The notes under the pieces were generated by a model. The model was not told the DNA's origin and did no database searches. It was given only the letters and a program-made list of their open reading frames with translations. A stretch of DNA of 64,000 nucleotides, taken from contig MU053754.1 in assembly GCA_013239625.1 (NCBI GenBank), forward strand, positions 989,379 through 1,053,378, written 5' to 3'. Positions within the stretch are counted from its first letter, which is position 1; each line of letters starts with the position of its first letter. Positions 54,826 to 64,000 of the stretch are shown in pieces. Origin of the DNA: Lama guanicoe. Lineage: Eukaryota. Both the position numbers and the translations under genes were made by a program.

Positions 54826-54860
<35 letters not shown>
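54826..54860 (+). repeat. (CA)n microsatellite, about 17 units
   Basis: Directly visible. Confidence 0.95.
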
Positions 54861-54862
<2 letters not shown>

Positions 54863-56899
54863 TGAAGACTGGCGCGTCTAGACTGTGGGGGACTGGGATA
54901 GGCAAGAGCTAGAATGGTAACACAGGGGACGTCTCATGGTTCAGCAAAATGTTCTTGTTTGCTCAGCTTTGCTCCCTATTTTTGCATCTGCGCATGAGGA
55001 GACTGAAACGTGAGGAGACGCGAAAAAGAAGAGAGGGGGACATACTGTCAGGCAGAAAGGAAGGGCCAGGTGAACAGGGTCTGATTGAAGACGCAGAATA
55101 AACAAGAAATAATCAACATACAAGGTCCCAGGGAAAGCTGCAAGGCTTATGATGTGGGAACACAGAATTTCAGAAAGGCAAGGAATCTCTGATGGCATAG
55201 AATCCTACCCTACATTTTCCAGATATGGCAACTAAAACAGCTTCACAGCAGCAATGGCTGGGTTGCAGCATTTAGGTCCACGACTCCAGCTGCGATTGGA
55301 CACAGGCCATTCAATTTGCTGTTCGGCTTAGCGGATGTAAGAATTTGGATGCAGAGATAGATGCCAGTGGTCATGAGTCACACATGCCAGCCAGTCACAG
55401 TTTTCCAACATGGTGAGAAAGTGCTGACAATTAGATATGAGTCCTTTCAGGTACAATTCTGGGCTGGGGCTGAGGGGTCTTGAGTGGATAGACCACACAG
55501 TGAAGGACACAGAAACTGATGATCCCAGCCAGGTCTGAGGTTTCTGATATATAAAAGAGTAACAGTTGCCCAAGAGGATTCTTTGGAAACAAACATTTTA
55601 ATGACACTTTTAAATGCTTACATGTAGTAGATACTCCATGAATCTGGTCCCCTTCCAGTTCCAAAGGACCACAAAGGAAAACTGATTTTCATTCTTTCAC
55701 ATTTCCCTGATATCTACCTTCTTCCTTTTAATTGAAGAAGAAAAAAGTTCTTTTAGTTCTGGTCTCTCAAGCACTTTCCAATAATTGTTTTTAAAGTGAC
55801 ATTTTGGGGCCCAAATTATGACAGTTGTGCACACTGTTCTTGTCTGTGTGGCCAGAGGTGGATTCAGAAGGAAAAAATCTAAGACTACAGCCCTGCACGT
55901 TTTACAGAACATATGGTATGGTTTCACAAAAAAATTTTCTGTTGAATAATAAAAAGTCAAATAGTGATTTATAGTTAATTTTTGTCTGGATGGTTGCCTG
56001 GATGTACAGAATAAATTTGGAGTTTCACAGAAAATATTCACTTTTCTGTTCATACAGGTCTGTACTCACCACATATAATAATACTATCGACAGAAGTTTC
56101 CAAAGACCTCTTCTGTTTTCTGAATTAATAGCAGCAAGTTTCTCTGGGAAACTGTAGATCTGTTTTTTAGATGGAAGTGGGTTTTCCCCCCAATATAGTT
56201 CCTAAAATATGTGCACCGTACTGTCTTTAGAATTATTCATGGACTTTCTCCAGTTCTCAATTGGTCTAGAAATTGTTACAATCCTGTGTGTGGAAAAGTG
56301 CACTGGGTCTTGCCAAAATAATGAAATCTTTTGGCGGACAGCCCATGAAAGTACAGTTGAACAATCATCAGAGCCTAAACCACAGAGGATTAGCAAGCCA
56401 ACCCCGGAGAGCAATGTCACGCCTCAGATATCTCCAATCACAAGTCAACTTTCTCTGAAACATTCACAGGATAATTACTCTCCCTCATGATGTTTATCAA
56501 GAAACCTGGGCCTCGTTTCATCACAACCATCTCTCACAATAAAGGGAGTTCTAACATTAAGAGTTCTTTTTAGTTTCAGCGAAACGTGTTTAGAAACAGT
56601 TAAAATGGAAAAAAAGAAATGAATCCAGGAAGTTAGTGTCCTCTCTCATGGGAACTGTACCATTATGCATTCCATGAAGTCTTCTGAAATAGATCCATGA
56701 GGGAATTCTGTTCCCCTGAAGACGAAGCACACGTCCTCAGCATCTCGATTTTCCACCTGACCTGCTATGGCATCTTGGCATAGTGCTCAAGTGTCAAATA
56801 ATATCCCCATGGTTATTTCTCAAATGAAAAAGATATTATGCATACCTGTAACTTATATAATATTATGCATCAACTAACTTCAATTTTAAAATTTTTTTA

Positions 56900-57583
56900 A
56901 TAAAATTTTTTTAAAAAATAAAGGTTAAAAGGCCATTAATAATGAGGAGGAAGTGACAGCTTTACAGTGGGGAAACCTGGAGAAAACACTGTAACTGGGT
57001 GATAAAGGAGACATCTCCAGGAACGGGGAAACCCACCTGGTGTGCCCCTGGTTTCAGCACAGCAGCATCACCACTGAGGCAGCGTCCCTGCGCAAGGAGC
57101 AGAACCTGACTCCAACCGCAAGGAAGTATCAGACAAGCCCAGAATGAGGTGCCTTCTACAAAGCAACAAGCCTCTGGTCTTCAAAGCACCAGTGGTGTGA
57201 GAGGCAAGGCGGGTCAAAGATTGCTCCCAGAAGTAAGGACACTAAAGTTGTGTGACAACTGAGTGCAAGCATGCTGATGAGTCGGATCCTGGAGCAGAGA
57301 AAACAATGCTAGACAGGGCATTACTGGCACAATTAGTGAAATTTAAATGTAGACCAAATATGAGGTCACAGCAGTACATCAACGTGAAATTCCCTGTGTT
57401 TGAAAATTCCACAGCAGTTGTGGAAGAGATACATGCTGAACAATTTAGGTGTAAAGAGTCATGATGTCTGCAACTTTTAAAAAAAAAAAGGATGGAAAAA
57501 ATAACAATTGTAAGTACACTGAAAAAGAGAGAGAAAGAGAATGCGGTAAAGCAAGTAGAAGTTAACAACTGATAAATCTAGGG
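56900..57583 (+). mobile_element. Ancient L1ME-type 3'UTR, left part; continues at 60513-60596
   Basis: gttaacaactgataaatctagg continues as atttagaggaaaggtatatgaaagttctttgtactattctcataacttttctg. Confidence 0.7.
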
Positions 57584-57646
57584 TGGGGTCAACAACTCGA
57601 AAGCAGGACCCAAACGTGACACACCATCTGTTTCTGCAAATAAAAT
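57584..57646 (-). mobile_element. MER58, first part; remainder at 60353-60512
   Basis: ggggtcaacaact...ctgtttctgcaaataaa joins tttattggaacacagccac...ccctg; 8-bp TSD atctaggg / atttagag. Confidence 0.7.
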
Positions 57647-57792
57647 CTGGTGGAGGAGGTGGGTCTGAGGCATGTCCTCTGGTCTCTCCTCGCACAGCTG
57701 CCTTGTGAATAAGCTTTCTTGGCCACAAACGTCGGCCGGCATCTCAGCAGTTGGCAGGCTGCGAGGCGAGCAAATGGACCTGGTGGGACAGT
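57647..57792 (+). mobile_element. 3' (R-U5-like) fragment of an ERV1 MER4-group LTR
   Basis: tctcctcgcacagctgccttgtgaataagc...tctcagcagttggc...gcaaatggacctgg resembles recalled MER41/MER57-type LTR ends. Confidence 0.6.
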
Positions 57793-58214
57793 CGTGCCCT
57801 GCTGTAATTTGACCCAGAGGACACATGTCTAGAAACATCACACTGGCTGTACTGCATCAAAAAATCTGAAGAGGCTGCTTCGTCTAAAACTTTCCCACTG
57901 CCGTGGTATCTTTCTAAAAGAAGCAGTCGTGCCTCTCAGTGCTGCGGAGATGCAATGGAGTGGAATGAATGAAACAGAGGAGTTGTGGAAAGTGTCAGAA
58001 ACAGTATTCTCACCGTCACTGACGAGGAAAGACTTGTTCCTGAGGACGATTCTAACACTAAAGAAAGAAGTAGCAATTCCGTGCCTCTGAGGAGCATTAT
58101 TTTCTTGTCTCATCTCCAATGGCAAAAGCTGGACAGCTTAAATCTGCATCTTGAAAGCATCTACCGCACTGGTCTGCATTTTGGTCCCAGAGAACAGAAA
58201 GGAGAAAACGTTGT

Positions 58215-60117
58215 CTGCCGGCCGCCAAGATGCCGGAGGAGAAGGAGTTCCTTTCACGAACACGCCAAAATCACAGCTAACTACAGAACAACCATCGACC
58301 ACAAAGACTGGAACCTACCAGAAAAGGACACATTTCCTACCAGTAAAGGAACATTTTCCTTAAGTAAAGACACAAAGAAGGACACACAGAGAGATGGGCA
58401 GGGGGAGGGGGGCAGACTCGTGATATAATCAAACCCCCACACCCCTGGGTGGGGGACCCACAAACTGGAGAACAATTATATCAGAGGCTCTCCCAGGAGT
58501 GATTCTGAACCCCACGTCAGGCTCCCCAGCCCAGGAGTCAGGCACCCCCAGAGCACTGGGCTTTGAAGGCCAGTGGGGATTAACTGCAGGAGCACGACAG
58601 GACTGGGGGATATAGACTTCACTCTTAGAGAACGCACACGAGATGTCATTAGCACCCAGGGCTAAAGCCATCCTTCCACAGGAGCCTGGGCCAGACCTAC
58701 CTACCGGTCTTGGAGGGCCCAGAAATAAACCCACCCACTTACAGTCAGTTAATCTTCGACAAAGGAGGCAGGAATGTACAATGGACAAGAGACAGTCTCT
58801 TCAGTAAGTGGTGCTGGGAAAACTGGACAGCTGCCTGTAAAAGACTGAAATTAGAACATTCTCTAACATATATAAGAATAAACTCAAAATGATTAAAGAC
58901 CTAAATGTAAGGCTGAATACTCTAAAACCCCTAGAGGAAAACAAAGGCAGAGCACTCTTTGGCATAAATGGCAGCAGTGTTTTCTTGAATTCGTCTCCTC
59001 AAGTAAAGGAAATAAAAGGAAAAATAAACAAATGGACCTAATTAAACTGAAAATCTTTTGCATAGAAAAAGAGACCATTAACAAAACAAAAAGAACCTAT
59101 GGGATGGGAGAGATTATTTTCAAATGATGTGACTGACTGACAAGAGATTAATTTTCAAAATATACAAACAACTCATACAGCTGAAACCCAGCACCAACAA
59201 CAAAAAACCCAAACAAACAAAAACAAATAACCCATCAAAAAATGGGCAGAAGACCTAGACATTTCTCCAAAGAAGACATGCAGATGGCCAACAGGCACAT
59301 GAAAAGATGCTCAACATCACTAATTATTAGGGAAATGCAAATCAAAACTACAATGAGGTATCACCTCCCACCAGTCAGAATGGCCAGCATTCAAAAGTCC
59401 ACAAGTGACAAATGCTGGAGAGGCTGTGGAGAAAGGGGAACCCAGCTGTGGAGAGAACCCTCCTACACTGCTGGTGGGAATGTAAATGGGTGCAGCTACT
59501 ATGGAAAACAGTATGGAGGTACCTTAAAAAACTGAAAACAGACTTACTATAAGACCCAGCAATCCCACTCCTGGGCATATATCTGAAGAAAACTCTAACT
59601 CAAAAAGATAGATGCACCCCAATGTTCATAGCAGAACTATTTACAATAGCCACAACATGGAAGCAACCTAAGTGTCCACTGACAGATGACTGCATAAAGA
59701 AGACGTGGTATATGTATACAATGAAGTATTATTACTCAGGCACAAAAAAGAATGAAATAATGCCATTTGCAGCAACATGGATGGACTTAGAAATTAGATC
59801 ATACTAAGTAAAGTAAGCCAAAGACAAAGGTCATATGGTATTAGTTATATGTGGAACCTAAAAAAAAAAAATGATACAAATGAACTTATTTACAAACTAG
59901 AAATAGACTAAGACATAGCAAAGTATGGTTACCAAAGGGGAGAAGGGGAGGGGGAGAGATAAGTTAGGAGTTTGGGATTAACATATACACACTACTTTTA
60001 TATAAAACAGATAAACAACAAGGACCTATGGTATAACAGTATCCAGTATCTTGCGATGACCTATAATGGAAAAGAATCTGAAAAAAAAAATATGTATGTA
60101 TGCATGTGTGTGGGTGT

Positions 60118-60154
<37 letters not shown>

Positions 60155-60345
60155 CTGTACATCTGAAACTAACAAGATTGTATGTTTTGTCTTTTTTGGG
60201 GGGGGGAGTAATTGGGTTTTATTTTTTAATAGGGGGTACTGGGGATTGAACCCAGGACCTCGTGCATGCTAAGCACCCGCTCTGTCACTGAGCTATACCC
60301 TCCCTCTAACACAACATTGTAAATCAACTATACTTCAATGAAAAA
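58215..60345 (+). mobile_element. Internally deleted cetartiodactyl L1: 5'UTR (58215-58716) fused to ORF2 C-terminus and 3'UTR
   Basis: caagatgccgga YY1-like start; ORF2 peptides [65 protein letters not shown] with frameshifts and stops. Confidence 0.9.
60184..60304 (-). mobile_element. vic-1-like SINE inserted in the L1 3'UTR
   Basis: tRNA-like head; degenerate TSD ctaacaagattgta / ctaacacaacattgta. Confidence 0.9.
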
Positions 60346-60352
60346 GTTTGTT

Positions 60353-60512
60353 AAAAATTTATTGGAACACAGCCACATCCACTCCTTTATGCACTTGTAT
60401 ATGTGGTTGCTTTTGTGCTACAAGAGCTGAGCTGAACAGCTGCAACAGTTTGCATGGCCAAGAAAGACAACAACATTCACTAATCCTTGTCAGCACATTT
60501 TGCGGTACCCTG
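60353..60512 (-). mobile_element. MER58, second part
   Basis: tttattggaacacagccac...gagctgaacagctgcaacag...ccctg. Confidence 0.75.
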
Positions 60513-62220
60513 ATTTAGAGGAAAGGTATATGAAAGTTCTTTGTACTATTCTCATAACTTTTCTGAAGTGTTTAAAATCTAGTTACAAATTAAAAATCAG
60601 TACATCAAGTAATGTTAAAGTTACTCAAAATCTCAAATTTTCTTCAACAGGCATCCTTGAGCTCTGTTATGGACACATATCTACGGAGGAAAGGTGATTT
60701 TAGAAACAGCAAAGTGGCTATAAACAAGCTGTAAGAAGAAATGGAGACAAATGCATTAGAAACAAATGCTTGAGATATGAAACCCCATCCTGACTAGATG
60801 GCATGTCTTCCCACAATGTTTAACAAGCACCTTCTAGGCTTTGGAAAGTTGTATCTACCAGGTTCTATAAGCAGGTGGTTAACCACAGCCTCAGGAACCC
60901 TAAGGGTCCTGAGGCCAGAGCAGCCCCAGGTGTCCTGGGGTCCCAGGGTAATTCCACGGAGGTTGTGTGAAGACCCCAATCATCCTGACTCTGTCTTGGT
61001 TTCTAATTATAAAGCACAGGAAATGAGTTCATTCAGCCATGTGGTCCAGTTCACCTCTGAGAATGTCCCTCCTTCCTCTCTGTCTTAAACCCTTTTTGCA
61101 ACATCAAAGCAAAGCATTTCTCACAGTGAAAATAGGAAATGAATATAACCTACTTATTTTGCCATCGCAAACCGTTCAATGACACATCCTGGGCATTGAT
61201 TCGCCTTCAGGAGTATTTGCACTTGCTGCGTAAAGTCGTACAGAAATTCTAAAATCAGCAGAATCAGCCCATCTCTGTCACAAATCCCCCGAGGAAAAGC
61301 TGACGTTGGTGCCTGGCCAAGGCAGGGACGTAAAGGTTCCTCTCCCTCAGATGAGGAAGCTTACGTCCTAACGTGAACATTTTCCTAAGGACACAGGAGA
61401 AGTGACCCTCCGTGGGAAGTGTACCACAGGAGCAGACGGCTCAGTCAGATGACGTCTACAGACAGCCTCTCCTCCCGGAAAACTAAAAATGTGCATTTCA
61501 CCCACGTGCTCAAAAACTCAATGATGGCTAGAAAAATATTATCTCTGTGTCATTTCAAGGCCAGAAAGTGTAACACACACACACAAGTTCACTTTTTATT
61601 ATAGTTTGATCACAGCATCTGTATCCTTTGCAGGTACCAAATCAACCACTCCCCTTTCTCCCATGTGACCCCCAGGTAATCGAATACCTCAGGGAAGCTG
61701 TCATTGCCATTAGTCAGACGTTCAGGCTGAATCAAGAGCCATCTTGTGCTTCCATTCGGTCTGATTCTGCACAGCTCCACGGGAGTCCCCTGTCACAGCG
61801 GGCTGTGGGCTTAAACAGCCAGGCGCCACCTCCCTGCTGAAAGGCAGAACTGAATCCGCACAGCAAGGTCCTGATGTGGCTGAGGCCCAGGTTAAGGGGC
61901 TCCTCCCCGACATGCCCCAAGCTGAATGGAGATTAGGACTTCCCTCCCTTCATGCCACATTTAAAAGCTTAGGCCAGTCTAGCATTGATCCTTATTTCTG
62001 TATATATTTTTCCTACACATTTTCTTAACAACACACAATTCTTAAGAAATCGTGTAATTGGTGATGTTGAAGAACCGTGTCAATCGTGTTCCCAAGCTGG
62101 GTGGCCTGCTGTCTTTTCCCCCTGAGCTCCTGGACTTATAAACTCTGGCATACATCACGGGAGTCACTCAGCTTTGCAAATTTGCCCCTATGTTAAGCCT
62201 CTCAGAGCTATTTTAAAAAA

Positions 62221-62285
62221 AATTTTTTTACTGCAGTCAGTTTACAATGTGTCAGTTTCTGGTGTACAGCATAATATTTCAGTAT
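62221..62285 (-). mobile_element. Very short L1 3' terminus, sense to ANOS1
   Basis: ttttttactgcagtcagtttacaatgtgtcagtttctggtgtacagcat. Confidence 0.7.
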
Positions 62286-63359
62286 CTTATTTGTACTCTG
62301 TGCTCTGGGTTACTAAGATTGTTTCTATCAGCAATATGTAAGAAGAGCCTAGGTAGACAGACACTGTGCCAATTATTTTCGAGAAATTGGATCTACTTGT
62401 TTGAGAGGTGATTGATCATGGCAGGTACTAAGCAAGAATGCAGAAAAGAAACAAATCCTTACAGTCACACTGTCCAGAGTGTCAGCAGCAACCCTTTTCA
62501 CACAGATGCAGCCTGTTACACTGACAGCTTAATACGGATCTGCGGGGTTCGCCTGCCGACACTTCCAGCTCCAGGAAGACACGGCATGCTCTTGAGAGGA
62601 CCAGGGAGCCAAAGCTCGTGAGGATGCCCATTTCCTGTCTCCTGTGCCAGATCAAAGCACCCCAGCTTTGTCGCCAGTAAAGGGTCTCTGGGACACGAGG
62701 GCATCTCTGAACAAACCCATTCACGCAGGCATAAATAACGTGGGAGGTCCGCTCAAAATTAACGATTGAGGCGTAATATTCGTTACTTTACGGAAGCTGA
62801 AAAGAAGACACTGGGGAGGAGGCTGTGGACTAGCTGGGGGTGGGGGACCCTATTTATATAGAACCTATTCGGCCTTTCAACCCATACACAGAACTTGCAC
62901 AATCTCACTTGGATATTTAGCTTTCTTCTCCCTTCACCCCCAAAAGAGTGATATTGAGGTTCTTGTGTCCCATGGAACTCCTTTATAATAAAACAACAAT
63001 TAAAGTGACTTGTGTGCCCAGTCAAAACTAACAGCAAGTGCAAACTTAGCAAGTCTGGATCACCACGAAGGTTTGGTAATGATTCAGATTTTGCGCAAGG
63101 GCTAGAAAAGCCTTCCTTACACCGTGGGCAAGGCGGACACGGGTTTCTTAGCTAATTTCCCCTCATGGCTCTTTTGACCTGAGACACACAATTAAGAACC
63201 AACCAAAGAAGTTTCCTTTTGTTTTGCACGTCACAACTCAGCAAACTCAACCCCGTTTGATGAAGTCTAGGCTCACTTTTCCCACTCTTTTATTGAATCA
63301 TCAGTTGCTGTGCTGAACCAAAAAGTGCAGAAGAAGAAGGCATTTTGCATCATCTTGAG

Positions 63360-63585
63360 TAGTGGTACCCAACATAATGCATGAGTGGAAATGCTGTATG
63401 CGTGCACGGCCCAATATGGTAGCCATCAGTCAGAGATGAGAGACATACATGACTTATAATACGGTGAGGGCTAGAAATCTGCCCTGTGTAACCAAAATAC
63501 TAAACGTTTAATTTTACTGCATTTTAATTCATTTAAATTTGCACAGCCATATGTGGCTAGTGGCCACCAAATTGGAGAGGACAAG
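63360..63585. mobile_element. MER3/MER33-like hAT remnant
   Basis: ccaatatggtagcca...cagccatatgtggctagtggccaccaaattgg. Confidence 0.7.
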
Positions 63586-63744
63586 AGTGTTAAAAGAAAG
63601 TACAAGAGTTTGCCTTCAGCATCCATCATACACTCCCTCTAGTGGGAAAGGGAATAAAAAGTACACTTCCCAGATGACCTTATCACTAAGACTCTGAATT
63701 TAATTTGGCAATGCTAATGAACGCACTGATGCAGCGTTTGAAGG

Positions 63745-64000
63745 CAGAAGTGAAGCAGAAGGTGTTTTTCTTGCCTGTCCCGTGTTCACTGTCTCTGCTA
63801 TTCAGAACCACAGTGGCAGAGTGAAGATTTTCTGCCTGTAGTCCTCAGGTCCTCAGCTTCCTGGAAGTCTCCTGGGGAGACTTCACTGGGGGGGATGCTG
63901 GGCTCTGAGATAGTTGTTCCCGAGAGGCCTCAGAGCCAGCGAGAGGTCAGCTCTGCAGTGCACTGGAGTCATTTCTGCAGGTCTGGATAGAGCCCCTTCC
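63745..64000. mobile_element. Probable MaLR/ERVL LTR remnant running off the window end
   Basis: Weak similarity to MLT-type motifs. Confidence 0.4.

Noticed and set aside
57838..58428. ORFs of 95-147 aa in the unique insert, considered as a processed pseudogene
   Set aside because: No protein similarity recognisable in any frame; the plus-strand ORF simply runs into the L1 5'UTR
58710..59810. ORFs resembling L1 ORF2
   Set aside because: Fragmented by stops and frameshifts and lacking EN/RT; not a functional gene

Overview
Mammalian genomic DNA, very probably camelid (several tRNA-Ala-derived SINEs of the vic-1 type). The whole window lies inside the ANOS1 (KAL1, anosmin-1) gene on the minus strand. 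Seven internal coding exons are recoverable by hand with canonical GT-AG borders and a continuous reading frame: 63, 223, 185, 130, 206, 145 and 147 bp. They match human exons 3-9 as I recall them and encode the Cys-rich region, the WAP domain and FnIII repeats. The rest is intronic and rich in old and young transposable elements (L1, L2, MIR, MER58, MER20, MER5, MER21-like and ERV1 LTRs, MaLR, SINEs). Nearly all ORF-track entries are spurious. I see no convincing new biological system. The most notable observations are: a multi-level nested insertion at 57.5-60.6 kb holding an LTR 3' fragment, unique DNA and an internally deleted L1; extreme GC3 and amino-acid divergence in exon 8; and a 17-bp GC-box minisatellite in intron 6. 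Repeat family names come from recalled consensus sequences and their boundaries are approximate.
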